NCBI GenBank assembly: GCA_050273025.1 | Contig: CP158636.1 | Location: 7,812,001 to 7,876,000 of the forward strand | Length of the DNA: 64,000 nt | Direction of reading: 5' to 3' | DNA from: Cenococcum geophilum | Lineage: Eukaryota | Shown: one piece after another, positions 13,001 to 26,072 of the stretch | Layout of the letters: each line of letters starts with the position of its first letter | How positions within the stretch are numbered: position 1 is the stretch's first letter | The notes under the pieces: generated by a model | What the model was told of the DNA's origin: nothing | Database searches by the model: none | Seen by the model: the letters and a program-made list of their open reading frames with translations, nothing else | Made by a program: the position numbers and the translations under genes

Positions 13001-14782
13001 ATACTAAGCAGTTACCGACACCTAGCAGAACAGTATCTCTAGATTTACTAGAATCGAACACCTCACCACAAGGACTTTAAGACGATATCCTAAATACAAT
13101 TAAAACAACCCCTTCCCAGCCAAGTTCGCTAGAACCATCTAATACAGCTTTACAAGCTAATGAAGTCTTGGCCAAACCTTCTGCCAACCTTATCCTACTA
13201 GAAGGATCAAAACGAATTTAACGTTAAGCGTATGCAGCAGCACTAGCCAATCTATCTACCCTATTTGGTTACTACGCTGGATTTGCTACAAGACTAGTAA
13301 AGGATATCAACCGAACTAGATCCTCATCTCTACATTGTGACAATCTTCCTCCTAAACTAAAGAATCTCAAAGAACTAAGAAAGCATCCTTTAACTACTGG
13401 CTTTTAAAAGGCTATGGAAAAAGAATACAATGACCTAAAACGCCGAGGGATATTTAAGACTGTACTAAAAGTAGAAGTAGGCAACGAGCAGATTCTTCTA
13501 CTAAAATGGGTCTTTAAATATAAGCTCGATAGTGACGGCTACCTATAAAAGCTTAAAGCTAGACTATGTGTCCGCGGAGACCTATAGATTACCGAAGAAG
13601 AGACCTATATAGCAACCCTAGCTGCTCGAATATTCCGTGCTCTCATGGCTATAGCAACCGCATTCGACCTAGAAATTTGACAGTATGACGCTGTAAACGC
13701 ATTTATAAACGCTAAGCTTAGTAAACTAATCTACTGCTACTACCTAGAAGGATTTAATCAAAACGGATATGTCCTAAAGCTACTTATGGCGCTATATGGA
13801 TTAAAAATCTTACTACTACTTTGGTATAAAGAGCTTACTAATATACTATCTAAATTTGGATTAAAGCCTATTCTAGGTACCAACTGCCTATTTACCAATA
13901 GACGACTTATTGTCTTCTTCTATGTAGACGATATTGCCGTCCTATTTGCCAAGAAGGACCTTTTAAGACTTAAAGAATTTGAAGCAAAATTGCTGCACCG
14001 ATATAAGATCCGTGCACTAGGAGACCTATAGTAGTTCCTAGGTATTTAAATTAGTCGAGATCGAGCAAGTAGGAAGCTCTGGCTTTGCCAAGACTCCTAT
14101 ATTAAAAAGATAGCCAATTAATTTAATATTTAACTAGGAAGATTTCCTAAATCTCTACTACTTGCTAAACTGATTCCGTTTAACCAGTAGACGAACCCTT
14201 AAAGAATACTAGCCTATTAGCAACAGGTTGGTTCTCTTACACACTTAGCCGTATTTAGAAGACCTAATATTACTAAGACGCATTTTAAGCTGGCCGAATT
14301 CCTTACTAATCCAAATTAAGAACACCTTGATGCAGCAAACTAAGCTATTTCCTACTGCCTTGGAACAAAATTAACAGCTATTAAATACTCTGGCGAAGCC
14401 TTTAGAGCACACGTCTATTACAGAAACCCAGAAGGAGAAGACGTTACCTTTTACGGAGCATCTGATGTAGTATTTGTGGACGATAAGGAGACTAGACGGA
14501 GCTCTTAGGGGTACCTATTTATGCTATTTGGAGGACTAATCGATTAGAAAGCTACCTTATAACGATTGGTTACTCATTTAACTACTAAAGTGGAGCTTCT
14601 CTCCCTATCTACTACTGCCGTTGAAATTATCTGGTGGCAACGATTCTTTAAAGCAATAGGCTTTAATTTAGAATGCGATTTTACCGTGCTCTGCGATAAT
14701 ATGTAGACCGTACGACTCCTAAGATAGGATACACCAAAGCTTGACACCAAGCTTCGACATATCGACGTTTATTAGCACTGGC

Positions 14783-17700
14783 TAGACTTGCTAATAAACA
14801 AACCGCGTTTGCTAGTTTGTTTACTTATTTACTTTGTAATCAAACAACCAATCAAGCCTAAAGGTCTAATTTTAGTAGTCAATCAAGCCCTATATTGTCC
14901 TGTTTGATTGAGTTGGTTTGCTCGTTTGATATATAAGATATAGGTATTATTTTTTGGTTAAGGGGAGGTTCTTGGTGGTTGAGTTTTAGGCAGTTCTATA
15001 ATATACTATGATCGTAATATAATATACGCGCTGAAAATAAATATCCAAACGCGTCTTTCTAACTTAACCCTCTAAAATCTCCTCTTTTACCCACCAATTC
15101 CTATCGCTATACTGCCTATATTATATCTTCCTATCTTACTAAAGCTGGCCCTGTTGATTTAGCAGAGAACACGCCTGTAATTACGCCCAGTAAAGCCTGT
15201 GAAGGTTCCGATACCTTATCAGAATTAACCCCCCTCTAGGACGAATACGAAGGCATTGATTGGGACCATGTAGAGAGATATTAACGGCCTTATTAAGACC
15301 TTCTTAGAACTCTGAGCTTTATATAGGACCATAGCTGGCGGCTTTAGTAAAGATTTGGTAAGAAAACAACCGTTTTTTTATACAAATATTGCCATCTGCA
15401 TAAGATTAAGGTGACCCTATATAAAACTAGTAGAGCTACTACTTCTGCGGTAGGACACCTTGCTAAGGATATAGATAGCCACTGGGTTAATTCTTGTGGT
15501 CCTATTAATTATATAATATCTTAAAAGCGGAAGGCTTTAACTGTTCTAGAGCAGATTTAATAAACCCACTATGTATTACAAGTAGTTACTAATGAGCTTA
15601 TTAAGTCCTACGACCCCAATATCTTCAAATAAGCAGTTATACTATGGATCGCCGCCGGAAACCACCCTCTACAAGAAGTCGAGCGACCTGAATTTTAAGC
15701 CCTAATTGCGGCCGCAAACAAAGACGCCGAGCTTAATCTATACCAAAACCACGAGTTAATTTACAGTTAAGTTCTTGCTAAATATAATGGTAATAAAGGT
15801 ATAGTAACGGAAGAACTGGCGCAATTAATAACAAGATTTTATATATCATTTAATAGCTGGACAACGCGTAATAAGAAGAAGGCTCTTACTAGTATCTGCG
15901 TTCACTATTTGGACCATTAAGGCCAGATTTAAGACTTTATGCTTGCTCTACCGGAGCAGCTTAGCCTATATAGCGGCTATAACTACCACAATATTATTGG
16001 CAATACCATTGCTAAGTATAATCTTAGTAGTCAAATTGGCTGGTTTATTATAGATAACGCCTATAATAACAACACCTGCATTAACTTCCTTGCGGTAGAG
16101 CTTAGATTTAATAAAGAGCAACGTTAAGTGCGGTGCGCTACCTATATATTTAATCTAGTAGCTTAATTAAGTCTATTTGGAACCGATAAAGATGCATTTA
16201 AGAACGGTGATGAGAACTTAACGGTAGGTAGGCGTTCCTATACTATTAATTTAATTAAAACTAAGACTTCTATAGGAAGAGCAGTAGTTCCTAAAGGAGT
16301 GGCGAAAGAAAGGCCCGCTTAGAACTCTTATTAATTTTATCTATTTAATCTATTTGCCATAAAAGTATAAACAGTTCTATGCCTTCTAGCGAAAGGAAAA
16401 CGCTATGCTACCGTACGCCGATTTTAAAGTCCTCGAGCTCATCAAGCCTATTAAGACTAGGTGGAATAGTTATTTAATAACATTTAAACGGGCTGTTGAG
16501 CTTCAAGGCCCTATTTCCTTAATAATGCAGCACGATATTAATAAATGGAATAGGAAGCTCGCAACGATTAAGTCTAGTTAACAACGTAGAAAGAATCCGA
16601 ATCCGCATTAGAAGCCTCTTAATTGACCTCTCTACGTATAAGTCGGCGGCCTTACTTCTTATAATTGGGACGTTATTAAATAATATATTTAGCTTCTTAA
16701 GCCGCTTTAGCAAGCTACACTTAAGCTTAAAGGAAGAGGTAAGGCTGGGCGCAATGGCGCAATATAGAAAGTTATCCCTTATATAGAGTTTTTAATAAGG
16801 CACTACGAAGAAGCTAAAGCTTAATTAACTAAGGCGATGACAGAGGATTATCCTAATTAAGAGGTAATTAAGGATCACTATAAAATTAATATTAATCGCG
16901 GGTGGGCGAAGCTTTAAAAATACTATATAGCGCTTAACTAGACGCCTATCTACTATATAGCTTACCTACTACACCCTAACCTTAAGCGATTCTGCTAAAA
17001 TAACTAGAAAGAGAGGCCTAATTGGATAGCTAGCTGTAACGCTTCCTTTTAGAAGCTCTGGCTTAAGTATAAAGGAAAGAAGCTACGGTTAGTAGGGCAA
17101 GCCTCTAAGAAAAATCAGCCTTTGCAATCTAATATTAATAACTTTATTAGAAGCTTTATAGGCACCGCCTTTACTATAGCACCTTCCTTATTTAACGATT
17201 AAGAAGACGAGTACGAGCAGTGGAAGAAACTCAATCTACTAATAGAAGATCACCTACTGGCTCACGATCCGTTTTTATACTAGAGGATAATGGTAATAAA
17301 GTTTCCTAATCTTAGTCAAATGGCGCTTAATATACTAAGTATACTACCGTTAAGCTGCAACTGCAAACAATCGTTTAGTAAGCTTAGTGATATGCTTAAG
17401 CCTTATCGCTTATAAATGCAACCTAATATTATCGCAGCCTTATAGTGTACGCGAAGCTAAAACCGCAACGGCTTTATTAAACGCAGAAAATGACTTTTCC
17501 TAATAAGGAAATCGTACACTGGTTCGGACTTAACCGGAGATCGCGCCATTTAATTTGGTTTGCTGACTTTTAAATAGAGCAACGTCCTACCCAAATTTTC
17601 AATTCTAGCCTCCAACTTTGGCGCTATCGAGAGGCGCGATCTCCCACTTTAGGAGCTGTTTTGTATACATACAATGATGTACAGGGAGGATTGGCTATAC

Positions 17701-18214
17701 AGCTAGGTCGATATTGCTGCCGTTATAGCAGGCGATTGATTTTTTAGGCATCTTTTACATAGGAAAACTCTGCATTAAATTTAGGGTCACGTGACCTTCT
17801 CTAGGAACCGCCAGAGCGACGACAAGGTTTAATCCACACTACGGTAAGCTATCCTTATATAACGTTTAGATATTATTATAGTAACTAATATTAATAGATT
17901 TGCCGCTTTAGATTAATAGAATTAGACCTTACTGTTGTTAATACTAGGGGTAATTAATTATGTTCCCTCTTGACTTTTAAGCTTAGCGCGAGCATTACAA
18001 CACCAAACGCCTATCACTAGATTGTAGCGTAGAGCTCCTAGATCCTCTTACCGTCGCGCAAAAATGTATATAAATCTATCCAAACAGTCAAATCTAACCA
18101 AACCGTTTGCTAGTTTGATTAACCAAACGAAATAAACAAGCTTGAAGCTCTAAAATATCCAATTAACCAAACCAAAGATCTATGGTTTGAATTGTTTGTT
18201 TATTAGCAAGTCTG
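14783..18214 (+). mobile_element. hAT-superfamily DNA transposon (Restless/Tfo1-like), 3432 bp
   Basis: 21-bp TIRs (C/T)AGACTTGCTAATAAACAAAC at 14783-14803 and 18194-18214; 8-bp TSD GCACTGGC at 14775-14782 and 18215-18222; the Copia RNase H frame HIDVHQHW|LRQEV resumes after it. Confidence 0.96.
15120..17470 (+). pseudogene. hAT transposase, RIP-degraded, one probable intron (~16224-16275)
   Basis: BED-finger-like CKYC...GHL ~15380; ISFDSWT ~15845; DNAxNNxTC ~16053; RCxxHIFNL ~16130; TRWNS ~16456; dimerization motif FPNLSQMALDILSIP ~17300. Ends approximate. Confidence 0.88.
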
Positions 18215-18552
18215 GCACTGGCTGAGACAGGAAGTCTAAGATAAAAAGATCGACGTCTAATGGGTCCCTATAGATAAGATGCCTGCCGACGGCCTTACTA
18301 AGATCTTACCCTGTTAAAAGCACGAGGCATGGATAAAGCAATTAAATTTGGTGGATATTCGACATCAGATCAATTGACTCCATTCACAATGTCCGCGATA
18401 TCCGCAATATCCGCGATATTCGCAATATGCCATTTTAATTACCCTACCCTTTGCTACTCTTAAATTGTATCTAAATTTCCTATTTTGGTATAACCTCTAC
18501 CTTCATTTTTGTTTTCTACAGCTTTAACTATACTGTCAAATCTAGGGGGGTG

Positions 18553-18787
18553 TGTAACCGACTACCGAGGCTCGCATTATCTTGTGGCTCACTACCTTGT
18601 ATGTTTTATATCGTATATCTCACTACCTATTTTCATTACCTATTACCGACTGTAAGCGCTGTCTACCTCGGCAATTGTGCATTATCGTTATCATCTTCCT
18701 GTTACCCACTTCGTGTATATATAGACGCTTTAGAGCTACATTCACAATCAAGTCGTTTATTCAATTCTTCGCACTGCAAAGCTTATA
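18553..18787 (+). repeat. 3' LTR of Copia-A
   Basis: Matches 9803-10037; followed by TSD TTACC. Confidence 0.95.
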
Positions 18788-20203
18788 TTACCTCTTATAG
18801 TAACCCAATAGAAATGTTAGAGATTTTAGATAATAATAAAGAGAATAATCTTAATAACGCCAACTCTCCTAAAAGCCCTCCTCTATCCTCTTATAATCTC
18901 TATAGCCCTTATAAGCTCTATAGTACGTAAACGGCCTAAGCTATAACGTTAGATATTAACATAAACAAGCGCCTTCCTATTTAAGTGCCGTTAGCAAATA
19001 AATGGTATACCCTAAAAGCTAGTACTTAAGAGAATATAAAGGAAGCTTACTAGCGGATATATACCCACGTCTAGAATATTGAGGGTAGCTCTAGTATGCT
19101 GCGCGATCCGCTATACGCTCTATATGTTAAGTAAGACTATAAATACCGCGTTTATAAGCAGAACTCTAGGCTACATTTTAGAGGTACGTGCTTAAGATAT
19201 TGCTTAAGTAGTAGGTTGTGCAAAAAGGTATATGCCAATAGTATACTATTATTCTATCAGCTAATACGTATATAGGATAGTTCGCTAAGACTGAAGCCGG
19301 TTATACCTTAGTATAAAAAATGTGCGCAATTAGCTTCTACTAGTAGTCTAGCTAGAACACCTACTAAGAAGGTATAATATCCGTATAGCTTTATACCCGC
19401 ACTATCCCCCCTCTAGAGACCTCCCCTTCCCTTAAGACTCTTACTTGTAGTAATATACGCGGCCGTAGGGGCACCCGTTCTGCCGCTGCTCCTTCTACTC
19501 TTTTACTAATTTCTAGCACGCCTAGTGCTGCTCCTGGTACTACTACCGCTCCCACTAGCACGGAAAATGTTAGGGTATATTTAGCAATTGCTATTTCCGT
19601 ACGCGTTGATATAGTTTATAAATAGGTAACTAAGATAGTAAAAGATATTTAGGCTATAAATCGCCGGTTAGGTAAGCTTAAAGATTCTCTAAGTAAGATA
19701 AAGGATGGGCTTGCGTTTATAAGGCGTGGTATTATAGCACTTACACGCAACGCTGGGTTGCTAGATATAGAATTTAAGTAGATACTAGTTAGCAGTTACT
19801 GCGGGTTAGCTATTACTGCGGGTTAACTATTATTACGGGTTTAGAGTAATAAAATAGTAGCTCTTACCTCTCTGCTACTACGTATATAGGAATTAAGTCT
19901 CTACCTTATATTTAATAGATATAATTAATATTATAATATCCGTATAAGCTAAGATAAAGATATCCGTATAAGCTAAGATAAAGATATTTATATATCTACA
20001 CTGTTAATAATTACTAAGGTAAGTTACTATAGTAGCAATTATTTGTTAGTAAGCTAATTTAATAAAATTAGTAGCGTAGATATTTACCTTTAATTAACCT
20101 CCGCACCTCTTCTTCCTCTACTAACCTTCTACCTTACAGCACCGCACCATAAACTTTATTATTATTATTTTATCTACTATCCCTTAGCATTCTACTATCT
20201 ATA

Positions 20204-21748
20204 ATACCTTTATTTATACCTATAAACGATATTAATGCGAATAACAGTAGCTAGGCAGTTAAGAAACTTAATATGCGCGAAATAAACGAGGATGCTGTTA
20301 AGCGCGCCATAGCTGCTCTTACTAAGCCTTTAGACTCTATTCCTAAAGAGTAAGCTTTCTAATACTAAATTATGCCTATAGCTAATGTGATTTTAGAAAA
20401 TATATACCAAAGCGCTCTTTATAGGATTTAGTAAACAACGAAAATATGGATAGAACGAAATCCGCTAAAAATCCGCGTACCTTTTCGCTGCCTGCCTTTT
20501 TATTACCTGTATCTTTGCTATAAACCACTTTACTATCCACTTCTTTACCGTCCGCCTCTTTACTGCCGCTACCTAATACTTCTAAAAGAAGACTTAATAA
20601 GGCTCGTTTATCTTCTTTTCTTAAAAAGTAGGCTAAAAAGGCTACTAATACAAATCTAAAGGCTAAAATAGCTATTAAATCGTATGCGTTAGTTATACTA
20701 TTTTAATATCTTATCTACTAATTTACCTCTTATAGTAAACTAAATATTTATAAGGTTTCTTTAGATAGCGAACCTTTAGATAGCGGTAAAGATAAAGATC
20801 TTAATAACGCTAACTCTTACAATCTCTACAGCCCTCGTAATCTCCGTAGCCCTTATAATCTTTATAGTACCATAAATATAAACAAGCGCCTTTCTATTCA
20901 AGTGCCGTTAGCGAATAAATAGTACACTCTAAAAACTAGTACTTGGGAGAATATAAAGGAAAGTCGCTAGCGGATATTAACACACGTCTAGAATATTAAG
21001 GGTAGCTTTAGTAAGCTGCGTAACCCGCTATATACTCTATATAAGAAGTATAGTTATAAATATCGCGTTTATAAGAAGGACTTTAGGCCTTATTTTAGGG
21101 GTACATACTTAAGATATTGTGTAGGTAGTAGGTTGTGCGGAAAGGTACGTGCTAATAGTATACTGTTATTCTATTAGCTAATACGCGTATAAGAAGGTTT
21201 ACTAAATCTAGAGCCGGTTATACCTTAGGGCAAAAAACGTACGAAGTTAGCTTCTGCCAATAGTCCAGCTAAAACGCTTACTAAGAAGGTATAATATCCG
21301 CGCGTTAATAATACGGATATTACTAATATCCGCATAGCTTTATTCTCGCACTATCCCCGCCCGCGCTACTACGCCTCCCCCTACTAAGACCTTCCCCGCT
21401 ATTAAGACTCCTACTTATAGCAGTACGCACAGCCGTAGAGGCACCTACTCTACCGCTGCTCCTCTAACTCTTTCGCCAATTACTAGCACGCTAGGTGCTA
21501 CTATTACTGCTACCGCTTCCGCTAGCACCGGGTTTATTAGGGTATATTTAGCAATCGCTATTTCTGCGCGTATTAATATAGTTTATAAATAGGTAACTAA
21601 TATAGCGAAAGATATTTGGGGTATAGATCGCCGGTTTAATAAGTTTAAAGATTCTCTTAGTAAGATAAAGGATGAGCTTGCGTTCCTAAGGCGTGGTATT
21701 ATTACACTTATATATAGTGCTAGGCTACCGGATATTAAATATAAGTAG
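20204..21748 (+). pseudogene. Zn(II)2Cys6 plus coiled-coil gene relic, copy 2 (tandem paralog, uninterrupted)
   Basis: Collinear with copy 1 (unit ~20002-21968 vs ~9108-9802 plus 18793-19990); carries the empty Copia-A site TACTAATTTACCTCTTATAG at ~20716; same Cys spacing at ~21031-21138; intron GTACGT..GCTAAT at 21145. Confidence 0.7.
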
Positions 21749-22199
21749 ATATAAGTTAGCTGTTGCTATGGGTTGGCTATTGTTGCTAGTTTATAATAAT
21801 AAAATAGTAGCTCTTATTTTTTTGCTACTATATATATAGGAATTAAGTCTCTGCCTTATATTTAATAGATATACTTAATTAATATTATAATATCCGCATA
21901 AGCTAAGATAATAATATCTATATAAGCTAATATAAAGATATCCGCATAAGCTAAGATAAAGATATTTAAATAGAGAGTTTATTTTAAAGGTTAAGTTTCC
22001 GGAGTATAAGGTGTTAGTTTTGCTATATTTTTATTTAGAAGATTATATATTATAATACTATTTTTAATTCTTATAATATCCGCATAGAGCTGTTACATAA
22101 AATTAGAATATCTATAGATACTCCGCTTATATTAGAAGTATATCCGCAATTAAAATAATATATTACTGTTATTTTTAGCATTTATTAAGCAACTTATAC

Positions 22200-24898
22200 A
22201 CTAACTATTATATATATTAGCAGAGGTATAGGTATAATATTAGGACAACAAACTATATAAATATATTTAGCAGCTTCTCCTAGTACCTCTATATTCTTAT
22301 TGGTATTACCGAAGCTATATATAAGGGGATTAAATAGTAAACCGGCTGCAGTTAATAGGAAGGCATTAAATATATTTACGCCGTCCTTTGTAAGTTTCTT
22401 ATATCCGCGCTATAGGAGCGAAGGAGCCTTAAAATCCGCTAAGCGCCGCGTATATTATATAATTAAATCCTTCCTAATCTAATCTGCAAGATAGCGGATA
22501 TCCAGCGCTAGAGACTTAGTTGTATATTCGCTGTTTATACACTTACTAAATATACACTTAAAAATATTACGGAGCGCGCTAGTGTAACTTATTATAAGAA
22601 TACTTTACTTAAATAGCTCGTCCATACTAAACGCCGAATTCCTACGCATCTAAAGCAACTCCTTAAGTTAAAGATTTAGCAGTTTATTAAGGTAATCCGT
22701 CTTAAAGAAGCTATCTAGCCGCCCTTAGAGGTTAACTAAACTATTAGTAAGGATAGCCTATTAAAGCACTAGATTGCAAGCGCTTATCCTAACTAGTTGC
22801 TATAGGATCAGCATATTATATATATAGTTTTTTTAATAAGCTTCTAGTAAAGTATAAGCAAAGATAGGGGATTACACGCTTTAGTAGTCCAATATTTGCA
22901 TACTTAATGGCGTATTTTAGAAGCTTATAAGTATTAATAACCTATAGGAACCGGATATAATTAAAGAACTCTATATTATAGTTATCAGCGGCGGAGCTTA
23001 ATATATCCGCAGAGGATAACATCGCTGCTGGCTAACGTGCGTTAGTAGGTAGCCCTAAATAATTAGACGTGTGCTGATTTATATCGCGGCATATATCTCT
23101 TAAAAAAGCCGCTGTGCGGATATCCTTAATATGCTTTAGAAATTGCTATAGAGATAGGTTTTATATATATCGCTCGGCCTTACCATCTGCCTTAATATTA
23201 TACTTATTATGGATATAGAGTAGGAATAACGCAATAATATAAGCGTTAAAGCTTTAGAGGATTAGCTCTTCTATATAATAAAATAGGGCCTTTTTCCTAG
23301 GAATATTACGCCGTCCTAGGTGGTTTATATAAGTGTAGAGCGTTAAAAACTGCTACGCGGCTTGCTTACCCCTATAGAACGTACGTATAATTATATATAG
23401 GAAGTTTAATTGCATATACCATAGCCCTAGAATAGGCAATACCTACTTATAGCTATTGTACGCACCTTCCGCCTTAACCCGCTTCTCTTTATATAATTAA
23501 ATAAGCTTTACGGTCTTCTAATCTCTGTATACTAGGAGTAGCCAGTCGTTAAAAGCGGTTTCGTGATTATACTGCAGTTGGTTTAGAAAGATATTCTCTA
23601 TTACGCGATAATTGCCATTAATAGAAGCCTTGCTATCTAGAATAGGTCCTAGAGTTACGTGCTCTGTCTTTTTATAAGGGAGAATATTAACTACTAGTAT
23701 ACGCGGATATTTAATATCTACGTTAGAGTCGAATATACTATTAACCGTAGTAGGATACGCGTATTAGATGGCGTCCGTAATAAAACTTATAGATATCCGC
23801 TTCTAGAGGTTATTAAACTTATTCCTAGCTATATTAACAACCTTATCTAGCTTAAGTTAACGGGTATTGTTTAACATCGACTGCTTAAGGCCCCCTTTAG
23901 GCATATATACTCCGCGTAAGATCTTTCCTATAGTGTGCGAATTGAACTTACTAATCTCGCCAATAACCTAATATTAAGTCTTTTAGCAATAGTTAAAGTT
24001 ATTATAGATAATATAGACATTATTATAAATAGATAGAGACTTAATTAGTTTCTTAAGGGTTATTAGCACTAGAAGTACTAGTAGAATTAATAAAACCTTT
24101 CTTAAAACATTTAGCTAGCCTAAGCTTTTTAGCGTTAAGAGTTATATAACTATTAATTAGACTAAGGCTATATAGGAAAGATAGCATATAGCGCTTTATA
24201 CTAAGTGCCTAAAAATATAAACTAAGTAGATGGGTAAAACTATTTGCAGAGTTTTAGGCGAACCCTAGGAGGAATATAGAAGTAACTATAACTATATATC
24301 CGCTATACGGATCTTAACTATATTCCTCTCTATTTAGTATAGATATCCTCTTAATAAGCTGGAATAGTAGCGGACTGTACTGCTAAACAAACTTAGCTGT
24401 ATTTTTAAGGTTAATATCCTAAAACTCTATATCTGGAGTCCATGTATTAAAGGGGCTGCGTTATAATTATAGTTAGCGGAGCTCTTTCCGGATATAGCGG
24501 ATAGTATAGGTTACTAGCGTCGTATGAATATTAGCCCTGTTAACAAGTTCTTCTTATATTTCCCCATCCTCTAGTAAAGCAATAAGTAGGTCCCCTACTT
24601 TCTTCTTCTTCCTATTGCCTCTGTACCCGTTCTCGCTTTCTAAGAACTTAAAAACCAGCCTATAAAAAGACCAGCCCTATTAATATAGAAGGTCCCTAAT
24701 AATGTTAACCTTCTCTTTCTTTAATGTCTTTGTCTGACTGGTGGGTAGAATATCCGCTGGTTACAAAGAGGGCTGGCGGCGTAGGCGTTCAGCGTTGGTG
24801 TTTACTGCGTAGCTTTATGGTGTAGAGGTAGAATTAGAGCCTCTACGGCGATAAATTTCTCTTACCGTCGCGCGGGTATAAGGAGCTGAGGATCTCAT
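22200..24898 (-). pseudogene. DUF6589-type (Academ-like) transposase relic
   Basis: ATG 24898; de-RIP motifs YDNFN ~24000, GDQKT ~23520, WVLPILGLWHMQLN ~23430, APFHHMEELIL ~23280, DIGLL ~22890, QRAILANSLVNLxGRxDSFFETDxLNELLNLQLK ~22760-22670, matching fungal DUF6589 proteins as I recall them. 3' end approximate. Confidence 0.75.
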
Positions 24899-25045
24899 AG
24901 CTTTATAGAGTAGGCTTTTCTCTATAATTTAGTGTAATTTTTATATCAATAAGTATTGTGGGAGGGTAGATCAATTTCGTTAAAGTTAATAAGGTCTTCT
25001 CATATAAACGGTGTTTAGGTTTTCTAATAAATCTCGCCAAAGTCT

Positions 25046-25135
25046 CTCAGACCAAGAAAACGATTGCCGTCCTAAATCAGCTTAGCGGACGGTGCGGATA
25101 TTCCTATATCCGCACAATCGATTTCTTGGTCTGAG
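25046..25135. promoter_or_regulatory. Nested inverted repeats upstream of the transposase, with CGG-N12-CCG core
   Basis: Outer 21-bp arms 25046-25066 and 25115-25135 (1 mismatch); inner perfect GTGCGGATAT-tcct-ATATCCGCAC at 25092-25115. Regulatory role is inferred. Confidence 0.55.
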
Positions 25136-25507
25136 CTCGCTGAGGTAAGTCTAGTACACGGTCGCGCCAATTTGTATGTAATTCTCATACAAACTCGCGC
25201 GCCATACTAAATTTTCAGCCATTAATCAACAACGAACCAACGCCTTTATAAATAATCGGCCAACGTTATGTTCTAGAACTTTGTAGGGCGATTCTAATGC
25301 TACCAAAATTATTGCGAACGGCCTGGTGGTTATTGCTACGTTTCGCCTAAAATATTACCACCAAAACAGTAAATATTTAGCTAGAGCCACTAATTCTTAA
25401 TATTTAACCTCTTATATTAATATTTATAGTAGATAAACACCTAAATAGCTAATGCATTGTATCTAGACTAACTCTGGGCCTTATTACCTGCTTTATTGCT
25501 CCTCCGC

Positions 25508-26072
25508 TGCCTGCACAAACGCCTGCACAAACGCCTGCACGAACGCCTGCACGAACGCCTGCACGAATGCCTGCACGAATGCCTATACAAAGCTCTATAT
25601 AAAGCCCTGCACGAGGCTCTGCTTGAAGGTCTGGTCGAAGGTCTGGTCGAGGGTCTGGTCGAGGGTCTGGTCGAAGCTCTGGTCGAGGCTCTGGTCGAGG
25701 CTCTGGTCGAAGCTCTGCACGAAGCTCTGCACGAAGCTCTGCACGAAGCTCTGCACGAAGCTCTGCACGAAGCTCTGCACGAAGCTCTGCACGAAGCTCT
25801 GCACGAAGCTCTGCACGAAGCTCTGCACGAAGCTCTGCACGAAGCTCTGCACGAAGCTCTGCACGAAGCTCTGCACGAAGCTCTGCACGAGGCTCTGCTC
25901 AAAGCTCTGCACAAGGCTCTGCTCGAAGCTCTGCACAAAGCTCTGCACGAGGCTCTGCTCAAAGCTCTGCACAAGGCTCTGCTCGAAGCTCTGCACAAGG
26001 CTCTGCTCGAAGCTCTGCACAAGGCTCTGCTTGAAGCTCTGCTCAAAACCTTATATGGAGCTTTAAAGCTCT
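25508..26072. repeat. 12-bp minisatellite (GAAGCTCTGCAC)n, array 1
   Basis: Roughly 45 units with variant blocks (GAACGCCTGCAC, GAGGGTCTGGTC, GAAGCTCTGCTC). Confidence 0.97.

Larger units (their letters stand above)
9803..18787 (+). mobile_element. Ty1/Copia LTR retrotransposon, full length (Copia-A), containing a hAT insertion
   Basis: 235-bp LTRs 9803-10037 and 18553-18787; TSD TTACC at 9798-9802 and 18788-18792; PBS-like GTTATGAGCCC at 10038; PPT AGGGGGGTG before 18553; protease WILDPGADTHVC ~11450, integrase, RT YVDD ~13921, RNase H ADGLTK ~18290. Confidence 0.96.
9291..19781 (+). pseudogene. Zn(II)2Cys6 plus coiled-coil gene relic, copy 1, split by Copia-A inserted in an intron
   Basis: ATG 9291; GT..CTAAT..AG introns (9433-9480, ~9757-18800, ~19228-19276); 19114-19221 reads de-RIP C-AL-C-VKQDYK-C-RVYKQNSRLHFGGT-C-LR-C-RLSGRL-C; heptad-like C-terminus ending TAG at 19779-19781. 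Confidence 0.7.
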
